Positions 32,141 to 41,570 of a stretch of DNA of 64,000 nt are shown here, in pieces. The notes beneath the pieces are model-generated. The model did no database searches, was not told the origin of the DNA, and was given only the letters and a program-made list of their open reading frames with translations. The DNA comes from Akkermansia muciniphila (GTDB taxonomy: Bacteria; Verrucomicrobiota; Verrucomicrobiia; Verrucomicrobiales; Akkermansiaceae), in contig SFDX01000015.1 of the NCBI GenBank assembly GCA_004557455.1, forward strand, positions 1-64,000. The letters are read 5' to 3'. Both the position numbers and the translations under genes were made by a program. The number at the start of each line of letters is the position of its first letter. The first letter of the stretch is position 1.

Positions 32141-32259
32141 GACTAAAACAGATTTTTCACGAAAAAAAGGGATTTTTGAGCAAATAAACACTTTAAGATG
32201 GTGTATCTCCTGAACGCAAAATCGTGTAATCTATTGAGTATCAACGATTTACATGAGGT

Positions 32260-33552
32260 GTGCATTCAAAATGCATATCCTATGTGCGGGACATGGCAGG
32301 GAAGCAGGTATTGTCGGAAGACGAATTGAGGCAGCGCGTGCCGGATTGTACGGGCTGCGCGGCGTGTCTATGTGCCTGCGGGGTGCAAGCTATCCGGATG
32401 GTCGAGTCTCCGGAGGGCTTCTACCGACCGTCGATAGATTCGGGGCGCTGTGTGGGGTGCTGCAAGTGCATGCGGACTTGCCCGGTGTTGAATGAGGTCC
32501 AACGGAAGGCAGAGCAGAAGCGTCATACTGAGTCGGGAGGGGAGCCGAAGTTCCTTTATGGGTGGTATGGGGATGCAGTTGCAAGGGAGAGCAGCAGCAG
32601 CGGGGGCATTTTCACGGCGCTTGCTCGCGGTGTATTGCAGCGTGGAGGATGCGTGTTCGGGGCTGCGATGGGGGTGGATATGCGGGTGCGGCATGCTCGT
32701 GCTACATCGGAGGAAGCGCTGGGGGCTCTGCGTGGGGCTAAATACATGCAGAGCCGCATGGATGGTATCTATCGAGAGGTGAAGGCCGCCTTGGTGGCCG
32801 GGCGCCCTGTGCTTTTCTGCGGTGTCCCATGCCAGGTGGGAGGATTGCGTGCATACTTGGGGTACAAAGCTTGGCCGCAGTTGCTGACGATAGATGTCGT
32901 GTGCCACGGAGTGCCGACACTGCATCTGATGCCGGCTTATCTTGCGGATGAGATGCATCGCGCGGGGCGCGCGGATGCCCCGACCTCTGTGAACTTTCGA
33001 GACAAGTGCAGCGGGTGGGGACATTATGGGTACAGTGTGACCCTCACATGGCCTGATGGCACACAGCGGACTGTACCGCAGGGAAAGGATGCCTATATAC
33101 GCGCCTATTTATCGGATCTTCTGTTGAGCAAAGCCTGTTATAACTGTCGGTACAGTGGGGTGAGGGGTAAACTATCGGACATAACCTTGGGGGATGCTTG
33201 GGGAATATGGGAGGCTTGCCCGGAGGTGGATTGGCGGCAGGGTGTCTCTCTGGTTGTGGTACATACCGACAAGGGCGCGTCTTCCTTGTCGGGAGCCGAG
33301 GGCGTGGAACTGCACCGTTGGAGCGAAGAAGAAGCTACGCTTCATAACCCGTCTTTGTTGCGCCCCGCATCGGAACCTCCCGGGACGGAGGTCGCGCGAC
33401 GATTATTAGGGGGAGTTGCTCTGGAAAAGATTTTGATTCGGGTAGGGAAGCTCAACCCGAACAATAACAAGAGTTTCTTTCACCCAAAAGGTGCTTTGCA
33501 TGTGCTACGGAAGATACTGTGTGCCCTATTACCGAGGTGCATCAGTAGGTGA
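32260..33552 (+). CDS. coenzyme F420 hydrogenase/dehydrogenase beta-subunit-like (FrhB family) Fe-S flavoprotein
   Basis: N-terminal 2x[4Fe-4S] ferredoxin motifs CTGCAACLCACGV and CVGCCKCMRTCP. FrhB-like C-terminal domain. This family is typically paired with polysaccharide pyruvyl transferases. Confidence 0.65.
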   Translation: MHSKCISYVRDMAGKQVLSEDELRQRVPDCTGCAACLCACGVQAIRMVESPEGFYRPSIDSGRCVGCCKCMRTCPVLNEVQRKAEQKRHTESGGEPKFLYGWYGDAVARESSSSGGIFTALARGVLQRGGCVFGAAMGVDMRVRHARATSEEALGALRGAKYMQSRMDGIYREVKAALVAGRPVLFCGVPCQVGGLRAYLGYKAWPQLLTIDVVCHGVPTLHLMPAYLADEMHRAGRADAPTSVNFRDKCSGWGHYGYSVTLTWPDGTQRTVPQGKDAYIRAYLSDLLLSKACYNCRYSGVRGKLSDITLGDAWGIWEACPEVDWRQGVSLVVVHTDKGASSLSGAEGVELHRWSEEEATLHNPSLLRPASEPPGTEVARRLLGGVALEKILIRVGKLNPNNNKSFFHPKGALHVLRKILCALLPRCISR

Positions 33553-34828
33553 TCAATTTCCATAGAAGCAAAAGCCTCCGTTTCTCTCTCCCGGATTGTG
33601 CCAGTTTATCTCGGTTAAAGATACCCTGTATGCGGTGTCTGATATATTGTGGTAGGAGTCTGCGGATTTCTTTCCAAAGGGGGGCAAGGTAGGCACGTCG
33701 CTCCGCTCGTACAGCAGAGCGATCTACCTGCACTACTGTGCTGCCCGGGGGCATAGGGGCATCCAACGCTTGTTGAAGGAAACGACGGGTTGCATCGATT
33801 TGCGCGGCCAGCACAGGCTCCGCTGCAGTGTAGTCCATGGGAGCATCCTTCAGGGCGGCGAGGCGTGACAGGGTATTCTCGGTGTTGTTGAGGAGTTCCT
33901 CTTCCGAGAAGATGGGGATCGGCATCGTAAGCATGCGGGAAAGACTGGGGATGCGATCGCCGCCTCTGCTTTCTATGTTCAGGTAGATGACAGGTTTTCT
34001 GAAAATGATGCCGAAGCACGTAGCGTGGAAGCTATCTGTTACCAACACCTTGCACTGTCGGATGATGTTTACCCAATCGGCAACCTCCTCACCGTTCAGT
34101 AAATGGACGGATGGAAGACCTGTCGAGTCCCAGCGTTCAGCCAGTTGATGGCAGATCGGAACGTAGGGAGTATGGAGAGTACAGAAGGCGGCAAATTCAT
34201 TGGGAAGGGTTTTTCTACCTTCATCCGCCAACCTCCCCCATTCTTTACTGTTGAGCAGGAACACCGGGTCCAGAACGTGCACGGCCTGCACACCGTAATA
34301 ATCTCGGCAGATATCTACTCCACTAGCCTCGCGCACTGAGATGGCCGTGAACTTCTTCAGGGCTGCTGACCTGGCCTCCACAAATTCCTTAGGAACATTA
34401 CTGTGATCAGCACTGCCGAAACTGGCTGCCACAGCGATACGTTTTTTGCCATCAGGGAGGTCAGAAAAGTCAAATATCTCCCTGTCCTGTATATGGCGAG
34501 TGTCCCAGTTGGGTTTATATGTCCAAACCTGGTCACTACCCACGATGAAGGTATCGTAATCGGCACTGATAGTCCGGAAGGTATGTCGCCCGAAACAATG
34601 GGGGGTCCATCGAAGGTGTTTTTGACAGAACCGCGAAAAGGGAGAATTGAAAGAAGTCAGATCAAGGGTATAAAGAAAACGTCTATCTATCAGGGCTGGA
34701 GTAGTACCTCGATTTTTGCAATATTCAGCGATAGCGTAGGCTGTTAGATTGGCTCCATAATTAGGACAGCCGGCGAAATTCAGAATGGCGATTTTTTTAT
34801 TCATGATTCGGAATGAAATGCTGAACAA
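33542..34828 (-). CDS. polysaccharide pyruvyl transferase (WcaK/CsaB family)
   Basis: MNKKIAILNFAGCPNYGANLTAYAI is the characteristic N-terminus; the C-terminal half is consistent with the PS_pyruv_trans fold; convergent with the FrhB-like gene. Confidence 0.8.
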   Translation of the reverse strand: MFSISFRIMNKKIAILNFAGCPNYGANLTAYAIAEYCKNRGTTPALIDRRFLYTLDLTSFNSPFSRFCQKHLRWTPHCFGRHTFRTISADYDTFIVGSDQVWTYKPNWDTRHIQDREIFDFSDLPDGKKRIAVAASFGSADHSNVPKEFVEARSAALKKFTAISVREASGVDICRDYYGVQAVHVLDPVFLLNSKEWGRLADEGRKTLPNEFAAFCTLHTPYVPICHQLAERWDSTGLPSVHLLNGEEVADWVNIIRQCKVLVTDSFHATCFGIIFRKPVIYLNIESRGGDRIPSLSRMLTMPIPIFSEEELLNNTENTLSRLAALKDAPMDYTAAEPVLAAQIDATRRFLQQALDAPMPPGSTVVQVDRSAVRAERRAYLAPLWKEIRRLLPQYIRHRIQGIFNRDKLAQSGREKRRLLLLWKLITY

Positions 34829-35096
34829 GCTTCATGCGTTACAGCCAGGGGATTATCCCATATTTTGAGTGAGTTGTCAATTTGTTTTTCGGACACGCCT
34901 CAGGAAGAAAAGTCTTCCGAGCTTGATTTCCAATGGGGTTGGGTGCATAATCGCAACACAAACCAAATTAGCGCATTATGGCAAACATAATCAAGAAGAG
35001 GTGCCGCTACAGCGCGGCCATGAAGGAAGAGGCCGTAAGGTGGTACCCCTTCTCGACGCCAGCGTTTTATTGCATTGGGTTCATTTATAAAAATAG

Positions 35097-36068
35097 CTAA
35101 ATAAGATCTTTGAATCCGTAACGCCTGAAGGTACCCGCTATTGCACGTACCGCTGCCGGTGCCGGTACGTATATGGACGTAGTGAGGAGATAGTGTAGAA
35201 AAGAGACAAGGAGTCCACGTCGTGCTGGGGGAGCATTCCTCTTCAAGGTTGCATTGATCCATACCCACATGGCAATTTGCCTTCGAATAAGGACTTCTCC
35301 GAACAGCTTTCTGTCTCTCACGGACCAATAGGGGGGCATATCCTTGGCAATACGCGTCCAAAAAGAAAAATGAGAGATATAAATTTCCTTAGGTAATAAA
35401 CCCATCTCGAATTTATTATTGGAACTGCCTCGGTGAACAGTGTAGTTCATAAGTGTATTGTGGACAAAGACGGTATTTTGTGAAAATATAAGGTATCTGA
35501 TAACAAAATCCTGATCTTCTCCGTTAGACATGTTCTCATTAAAGTGAAGATCGTGTGCTTTTATGAGATTCATACGATATAATTTCCCCCATGCGGCAAG
35601 ATTCTGTATATATCGTAGAGACTCGTGACGTGGCAGAGAGAGATCCCTGCGTCCGTCGGAGAGAACCAGAACATCTTCCGTTTCATCTCCTTTGCAAAAA
35701 CGAATCGCCCCTGCGGCTAAATCTGCCTCCGGCTTGCCCTGTAATGCATGTAGAAGAGATGATAGCATAAATGGTTCCATCATGTCGTCACTATCATGGA
35801 AGGCAAGAAATTCTCCCGCAGCAATTTTTATACCTACATTGCGGGCATGCGAGACTCCCTGATTATTCTGATGGATTACATGCACCCATGGCCGTGAGTT
35901 TGCATATTCATCCAGAAATAAGGAACTTCCATCGGTCGAACCATCATCCACCAGAATAAGCTCAATGTTGCAATAATCCTGAGCTTCGACGGAAGCCAGA
36001 CATTCGGGGAGATATCCAAGTCCGTTGTAAACTGGAATGACGATGGAAATGAGAGGATTGTCATTCAT
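35097..36068 (-). CDS. family 2 glycosyltransferase
   Basis: LISIVIPVYNGLGYLPECLASVEAQ...ELILVDDGSTDGS...AFHDSDD is a GT-A fold with DxD. The start overlaps the upstream GT2 stop (ATGAATGA). Confidence 0.8.
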   Translation of the reverse strand: MNDNPLISIVIPVYNGLGYLPECLASVEAQDYCNIELILVDDGSTDGSSLFLDEYANSRPWVHVIHQNNQGVSHARNVGIKIAAGEFLAFHDSDDMMEPFMLSSLLHALQGKPEADLAAGAIRFCKGDETEDVLVLSDGRRDLSLPRHESLRYIQNLAAWGKLYRMNLIKAHDLHFNENMSNGEDQDFVIRYLIFSQNTVFVHNTLMNYTVHRGSSNNKFEMGLLPKEIYISHFSFWTRIAKDMPPYWSVRDRKLFGEVLIRRQIAMWVWINATLKRNAPPARRGLLVSFLHYLLTTSIYVPAPAAVRAIAGTFRRYGFKDLI

Positions 36069-37110
36069 GGATATTATGTTGTTGGTTCTGATGGTCGTAG
36101 GCATTCAATTTGCGGAGGTAAATGCTCAGCAGCGGAAGTGCAGCAAAGCGCGGCAAGTGAGCTATTTTCTCCATTCTCCGGAAATGAAGGTTGTCATTTA
36201 ATCGAAGCATGGTGGCCATCGGGGGAGTTATGGCGGCCCGGAGGGCGCGGGCTAAGGAGAGGTAGGAACGCCGGTTAGGGGGAACCTTATGGAATTGCCA
36301 CTTGAGGTAGGCGTTCAGGCGCTTGGCAAAGAAGAGTTGCACCTTCGGGCGTTCGGCGATACCCTCTTCGACTGCGAGTCGGGCAAACTCACTCAGGGTA
36401 CCGAGGAGGTGCTCGATATTGCGCATGGAGTAGGAGTTCATGATGGAGCCGGGGCGAACATTGCGGTACACATAGGTGCGCTCCGGGATGCAATAGATGG
36501 AGGGTTTGGAGAAAGCCAAGTAAAGGCTCCATCGGTTGTCTTCGTGCAGGAGTCCCTCTTCGAATAAGAGATGATGCTCGCGGATGAAGTCTGCCCGAAG
36601 CAGCTTATTCCAGCCTTGTACCATCCACTGCTCTGCAATATAGGCTTTGAGCGCTTCCTCCCGCTGCCACAGAATACCTGTTTGGTTATCCATCCATGCC
36701 GGGTCATCCGTCATCAGGCTCGTTTGTCCTATGACGACATCTGCTCCGTGCTGCAGGGCGGCTTCATAGAGGAGGGATAGTGCATTCGGGGACAGTTGAT
36801 CATCGCTGTCCAAGAAGAGGAGGTACTCTCCCGTTGCCGCGGCTATTCCTGTATTACGTGCAGCAGATAACCCCCTGTTTCTCTCGTGGCAAAGGACTCT
36901 ATGGGCAAGAGGATTATCGGTTGTCGCTAAAAGCTGCAGAGCGAGCTCCATCGAGTCATCCCCTCCGCAATCATCAACGAGAATCAGCTCAAACGGTGGC
37001 GGCTCGAGCTGTGCGGTGATAGAACGGATGCAATCTCCGATGTAGTCTCGAACCTGATAAACAGGCACGATGAGAGATATGGCGGGGTGATGTGTGTGTG
37101 AGGATGACAT
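36061..37110 (-). CDS. family 2 glycosyltransferase
   Basis: ISLIVPVYQVRDYIGDCIRSI...ELILVDDCGGDDS...LFLDSDDQL. Confidence 0.8.
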   Translation of the reverse strand: MSSSHTHHPAISLIVPVYQVRDYIGDCIRSITAQLEPPPFELILVDDCGGDDSMELALQLLATTDNPLAHRVLCHERNRGLSAARNTGIAAATGEYLLFLDSDDQLSPNALSLLYEAALQHGADVVIGQTSLMTDDPAWMDNQTGILWQREEALKAYIAEQWMVQGWNKLLRADFIREHHLLFEEGLLHEDNRWSLYLAFSKPSIYCIPERTYVYRNVRPGSIMNSYSMRNIEHLLGTLSEFARLAVEEGIAERPKVQLFFAKRLNAYLKWQFHKVPPNRRSYLSLARALRAAITPPMATMLRLNDNLHFRRMEKIAHLPRFAALPLLSIYLRKLNAYDHQNQQHNIHE

Positions 37111-37122
37111 GATGCCGGGAGG

Positions 37123-37152
37123 ATACTACAGCATTTGTAATGCTGTAGTCAA
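37123..37152 (-). promoter_or_regulatory. promoter TTGACT-18-TAGTAT with an embedded 11-nt-arm perfect palindrome ACTACAGCATT-aca-AATGCTGTAGT (copy c); near-leaderless for the GT2 at 37110
   Basis: On the minus strand: tttttagacTTGACTacagcattacaaatgctgTAGTATcctcccggcatcATG. Confidence 0.55.
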
Positions 37153-37260
37153 GTCTAAAAATGGGGGATAGCGCATGTGGACTGTATCCGACGGCTACAC
37201 GCGAACGCAGAGGTGGGAGATATGGCTCCCCTTGACTATCAAGGATTTATGCCGAATTTG

Positions 37261-37290
37261 ATGACTACAGCATTACAAATGCTGTACACT
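37261..37290 (+). promoter_or_regulatory. promoter ATGACT-18-TACACT with palindrome TACAGCATT-aca-AATGCTGTA in the spacer (copy d), upstream of the plus-strand GT2
   Basis: atgacTACAGCATTacaAATGCTGTAcact; ATG at 37314. Confidence 0.5.
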
Positions 37291-37313
37291 GAGCCGAGGG
37301 AGGTAAGAGAAGC

Positions 37314-38342
37314 ATGATAGATGAACATGAAGAGTTAACGGATAAGTCAGTAGCCGTATCCGTTATTGTGCCGTTTTATAACGCCGCCGACTATTTGGAA
37401 GAGTGCATCAATTCCGTGCTGTCGCAGGATGTGGAAGCGGTGGTTGTGTTGTTGTTGATTGATGATTGCAGTACGGATGGTGGAGATCGCATAGCGGAGC
37501 GAATTTTTGCCGGTGCCGGGGCTGACAGGCTGTGCGTATTGGTTCGTCAGCCGCGGAATGCCGGGACATCGACTGCCAGGAACACGGGGGTAGAGATGTC
37601 GCGGGGTCGTTATGTGTTCTTTTTGGATGCGGATGATAAGCTGTTACCCGGTGCGCTGCGCGCGATGTTGCGGGCTGCGGAGGCTCATCAGGCAGACATG
37701 GTGATGGGCGATGTGGAGTGCCGCACCGGGAAGTATGGCGACTATTTTCACCCGAGGTGCCTCGGCGTCTTGGAGGGTGAGGAATCCTTCGCCGCACAGA
37801 TGCGGCACGATGTGTATGCTACTGTGTGGAACCGATTGATTCGGCGGGAGTATTTAGAGAACCCACCCCTTCGCTTCGAGGCCGGTATTTATCATGAGGA
37901 CGAGCTGTATTGTTTCCGACTCCATGCTCGCTTCGGCCGCACCGTTGTCATCCCGAATACGACCTACTACTACCGAACGGAGGTTCCGGGGTCTCGTGAT
38001 ACCGTCTATACGTTTCAGCATGTCATTGACTCCTTCATTGTTGCGAAGGGAGAAGTTGTCTGTGCGTCGAAGAATCATCTATCCGAGCGCGGGGATGTGG
38101 TGCGCCACATCACCATGTTGCTCCAAACGACGCTGGATTATAAGCTCAGAATATCCAAGTCGGGGTGGCGTCAGGTGTGGTATGCCGCCGGGCGTATTGT
38201 GCCGCTTCTGGAGCCGGACTTGTTGGGCCTCATGCTCCGGGCACCGCAACCTATCGTTCGGCGAGTCGGCAAGCTCTGCCGTATGGCCCCGACTTGGCTG
38301 CGACGGCCCGTGCTGTGGGCGTGTTTTATGTGCCTGAAGTAG
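37314..38342 (+). CDS. family 2 glycosyltransferase
   Basis: VSVIVPFYNAADYLEECINSVLSQ...LLIDDCSTDGG...FFLDADDKL. Confidence 0.8.
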   Translation: MIDEHEELTDKSVAVSVIVPFYNAADYLEECINSVLSQDVEAVVVLLLIDDCSTDGGDRIAERIFAGAGADRLCVLVRQPRNAGTSTARNTGVEMSRGRYVFFLDADDKLLPGALRAMLRAAEAHQADMVMGDVECRTGKYGDYFHPRCLGVLEGEESFAAQMRHDVYATVWNRLIRREYLENPPLRFEAGIYHEDELYCFRLHARFGRTVVIPNTTYYYRTEVPGSRDTVYTFQHVIDSFIVAKGEVVCASKNHLSERGDVVRHITMLLQTTLDYKLRISKSGWRQVWYAAGRIVPLLEPDLLGLMLRAPQPIVRRVGKLCRMAPTWLRRPVLWACFMCLK

Positions 38343-38478
38343 CCGGGAATTCGGGTGCTACTTGGCTCCGGGGGACAGATATGACTCTTCGGGGGCCGGT
38401 GAATGGGCTCTTAGCTTTTCAGCCTGATTCACCCGTAGCCTGACGAAGTATCTATCCGAAAAAGTTCTCTCGACATCC

Positions 38479-38955
38479 TCACTCCCACAGGAAGGACTTT
38501 TTGGTGTCCTTGAGGGTGTCATTGACGAAGAGGTCGATTTTCCAGCTGAGGATATCGCCGTTGCGGGCGCGTTCCGGGCCGGAGAAGAAGAAGTCAGCCT
38601 TGCGGTCGAAAGCGGGTTTGCGGGGGGCGGGAAAGTCGAGGGTGCGGGTGAGGACTTTGCCGGCGGTGCGGGCCTGGGTGTAGTGCATGACGAGGCGGAC
38701 GTGGGCTTGCGGGTCGGCGTCGTTCCAGCGCACGTGGTAGTAGTCGCCGAGGCGGTTACGGCGTTCGGCCTCGGTGTTGGTGCCGTAGAGGAGGTAGCGG
38801 GCGTTGGCACGGAGGGGAACGGCAGCCCAAGAGTCGGCGGGCAGGGCGGTGGATTTCAACGGCAGGTCGGCCACGCCGGTAATGCAGGTGCGGGAGGGGG
38901 AACAGGAAACCAGAGCGGCGAGGAGAAAGGAAGCCGTGATGAAACGCTGAAGCAT
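38479..38955 (-). CDS. hypothetical lipoprotein
   Basis: MLQRFITASFLLAALVSCSPS is a signal peptide plus lipobox; 158 aa; no recognisable domain. Confidence 0.45.
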   Translation of the reverse strand: MLQRFITASFLLAALVSCSPSRTCITGVADLPLKSTALPADSWAAVPLRANARYLLYGTNTEAERRNRLGDYYHVRWNDADPQAHVRLVMHYTQARTAGKVLTRTLDFPAPRKPAFDRKADFFFSGPERARNGDILSWKIDLFVNDTLKDTKKSFLWE

Positions 38956-39013
38956 AAGTTGTTCTACACCCGAGGGGCGGGGGTTGTCAATACAAAACTG
39001 CGGCGGGGATGGT

Positions 39014-39754
39014 TTACTTGAGGAAAACGCGGTCTGCCGGGAGGCCGGTGAGGGCCTGCAGCCGCCGCGCCAAGAAACGCATGACTGCCACGAGCGTGGT
39101 CATGAGCGGCACCCCGATAACAACGAAGCCCCACCAGTGCATGCCCCCGACCGCTTGATTGTAGGCCAGTGCTTGGTCTGCAGCAGGTAGATGCAGCACG
39201 GGGAGGAGGAAATAGAGCGAGAGCCCGAAGTTCGCCAGCCCGGAGCCCAAGAGCGAGGCAGCCATCAGGCGGCTGCATTGCAGCTCCAAGCGGCGGTAAT
39301 CGTCTTCGCGGCCTTGCTCCTGCACCTTCTGCTCGATGAGCGGGATGTCATACAGTGCCTCGGAATAAACGAACGCACGGAGCAGCGAACTGCGGCCGCG
39401 GGCCGTCACCAGCACCGCCCCCGCAAGCATAGTCGCCACCATCAGCTCCTTGCCGGCATACCACCAAGGCGTGTCCGGGCGGATAGCCTCCCCTGTGCCG
39501 GAGTTCGCGTACATGCTCACCACGCCCGTGAGCAGCGTGCCCAGCAGACCGAACACCGCCAACGGCTCCACCCGCCGCTGCGAGATAACAGCGTAAATTC
39601 CGCAACCGATGGGCAGGGAAAGCGCCACCACAAGGGCCCACACCGTACCCCAGTCGTACCACGCACCGCCGGAGCCGGAGCACTTCTCCAGAATCAGCAC
39701 CGGCGCCAGCACGCTGAGCAGCACATTGATCAGACTCTTCTTACCGCTGTCCAT
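39014..39754 (-). CDS. hypothetical integral membrane protein (6-7 TM helices)
   Basis: 246 aa with hydrophobic helices; no family assignable by eye. Confidence 0.45.
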   Translation of the reverse strand: MDSGKKSLINVLLSVLAPVLILEKCSGSGGAWYDWGTVWALVVALSLPIGCGIYAVISQRRVEPLAVFGLLGTLLTGVVSMYANSGTGEAIRPDTPWWYAGKELMVATMLAGAVLVTARGRSSLLRAFVYSEALYDIPLIEQKVQEQGREDDYRRLELQCSRLMAASLLGSGLANFGLSLYFLLPVLHLPAADQALAYNQAVGGMHWWGFVVIGVPLMTTLVAVMRFLARRLQALTGLPADRVFLK

Positions 39755-39772
39755 GGGGAAGGGTAGGGGGCT

Positions 39773-40423
39773 TCAGCGCATAGCGGCAATGGCCGCTGCC
39801 ATGTCATCCGCACGGAAGGTCGAGGAACCCGCCACCAGGCAATCAGCCCCTGCCTCCTTGCAGAGCGGAGCCTGAGCAGGCCCGATGCCGCCGTCCATCT
39901 GGATGAGGAAAGAGCCGGCCCCCTCCGCGCGAGCCTGCGCCAGCGTTCGCACCTTGTCGAGCACATGAGCCATGAAACTCTGCCCCCCGAAACCGGGGAC
40001 CACACTCATCACCAGTACCATGTCCAGCTCCGCCAAGTAGGGCAACACCGCCTCCACCGGGGTAGCCGGGTTGAGAGCCAGCCCCGCCTGAGCCCCACCG
40101 GCACGGATGGCCGCCAACGTGGCGTGCAGGTCCACCGCCCCCTCTCGCTCCACGTGGATGGTAATCATGCTCATCCCCGCCTTGAGGAAACGCGGCAGGT
40201 AGTGATCCGGCGCATCGATCATGAGGTGGGCATCCAAGAAGGTACCCGCCGGGACACTGTCATGAATGGCCCGGCAGATGTCCGGCCCGAACGAGATGTT
40301 GTCCACGAACGAACCGTCCATCACATCCAGGTGCAGCCAATCGGCACCGGCGTTCAGGGCTCGCACAGCCTCCTCGCCGATGCGTCGGAAATCGCAGGCG
40401 AGCATGGAAGGAGCAATCAACAT
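39773..40423 (-). CDS. rpe: ribulose-phosphate 3-epimerase
   Basis: IAPSMLACDFRRIGEEAVRALNAGADWLHLDVMDGSFVDNISFGP...VMSVVPGFGGQSF is canonical Rpe. Start at the internal ATG (MLIAPS). Confidence 0.9.
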   Translation of the reverse strand: MLIAPSMLACDFRRIGEEAVRALNAGADWLHLDVMDGSFVDNISFGPDICRAIHDSVPAGTFLDAHLMIDAPDHYLPRFLKAGMSMITIHVEREGAVDLHATLAAIRAGGAQAGLALNPATPVEAVLPYLAELDMVLVMSVVPGFGGQSFMAHVLDKVRTLAQARAEGAGSFLIQMDGGIGPAQAPLCKEAGADCLVAGSSTFRADDMAAAIAAMR

Positions 40424-40436
40424 GGCGCAGTGCGGC

Positions 40437-41381
40437 TCAAAGACTCTTCCAAGGCAGGGCGGCAAGCAGGGCATCGAAGCCCAGCCCGGTACCGGCAGGC
40501 ACGGGGAAATCGGGCGTGATGTTGAAACCGAGCTGTTCCGAGAACGGATTGGGCTTGTAGTTCAGGTGGGTCAGCAGACCGCAGAACGGCACCTCCGCCT
40601 CCGGCTTTCCGGTGTAATAGGCAGCGGCATTGTAGGCGGCCCAGCACTGGCCCAGCGGGTGGTCCATGTAAGAGGTGAAGACCGGCATACCCGTGGTGCT
40701 CATATGGCGCGCGGGCTTCACCAGTCGCATCATGGGCTTGGTAGTGCGCTGCGGGATGATGCTCTCATTCTGCACGGGCATATCGTAGCCCAAGGGCATA
40801 CCGGCGTCCTGCAGGGCCTGCCACACGGCAACATCGTAGTAGCAGGGGTCCTCCACAAAGTCAATGCGCTGACGCATGGCCGGCGGCAGCATCTCCCAGA
40901 ACTGCAGGGCATCCTCCAGCGACAGCGTGCAGTTAAAGTCAACCCGCCACTTCCAATCCGGCACCATGGAGGCCAAATTCACCAGACGCTCCACCGTCGC
41001 GGCCAACTTGGGCACCACCTTGATTTTGCCGACGCGGAAGCCGCGTTGGTGGAGGTTGTACACTTGGCCGGGCGTGGCACTCACGGGCAGGGTGGCATGG
41101 CTGCGCGGCACCCGCAGACCCGCAAAAAGGCTCTCTCCCTTGGCGCGCGCGGCGCCGTCCAGCTCCACGCATTTGAGTGCGCGAGCCCCCAAGCGCAGAG
41201 GCGTGCCGTCCCGCAGAGCATCCAGCTCATATTCCAGCGGGGCATCCCCCAGCTCCGGCCAGGGTTGCAGGCAGGCATAGCCGCCGTTGTCGCCGCGCAA
41301 AAGAACACCCTGGCGTGGCTGCGCAGCCGCGCGCGCGCTCAACGCCCCCAGCGGATAAAGTGTGTACGGAGAGTACTGCAT
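40437..41381 (-). CDS. enolase-superfamily enzyme, o-succinylbenzoate synthase (MenC)-like
   Basis: KxK (GKIKV), metal ligands DFNCTL, IDFVEDP and a downstream D. About 314 aa, typical of the short OSBS subgroup. Function is inferred. Confidence 0.5.
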   Translation of the reverse strand: MQYSPYTLYPLGALSARAAAQPRQGVLLRGDNGGYACLQPWPELGDAPLEYELDALRDGTPLRLGARALKCVELDGAARAKGESLFAGLRVPRSHATLPVSATPGQVYNLHQRGFRVGKIKVVPKLAATVERLVNLASMVPDWKWRVDFNCTLSLEDALQFWEMLPPAMRQRIDFVEDPCYYDVAVWQALQDAGMPLGYDMPVQNESIIPQRTTKPMMRLVKPARHMSTTGMPVFTSYMDHPLGQCWAAYNAAAYYTGKPEAEVPFCGLLTHLNYKPNPFSEQLGFNITPDFPVPAGTGLGFDALLAALPWKSL

Positions 41382-41533
41382 GCGCCTATTCTATCCTAAA
41401 TCCCCCATTTGTCACGCCCTTTTTTTGCCCCGTGTGCATTTTCTCACCCCTTCCTCCGGTGGTGATTGATGGGTGAGGGAACCCCGTATGTTGTGGTATA
41501 GTTGAGAAATTTTAATAATTTTTCATAAAATGC

Positions 41534-41562
41534 TTGACATCGGGGGTCGGGAGGTGTATAGT
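41534..41562 (+). promoter_or_regulatory. strong sigma70-like promoter TTGACA-17-TATAGT; the start codon lies 8 nt after the -10, giving a leaderless mRNA
   Basis: TTGACA at 41534-41539, spacer tcgggggtcgggaggtg, TATAGT at 41557-41562, ATG at 41571. Confidence 0.65.
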
Positions 41563-41570
41563 CTCCGCCC

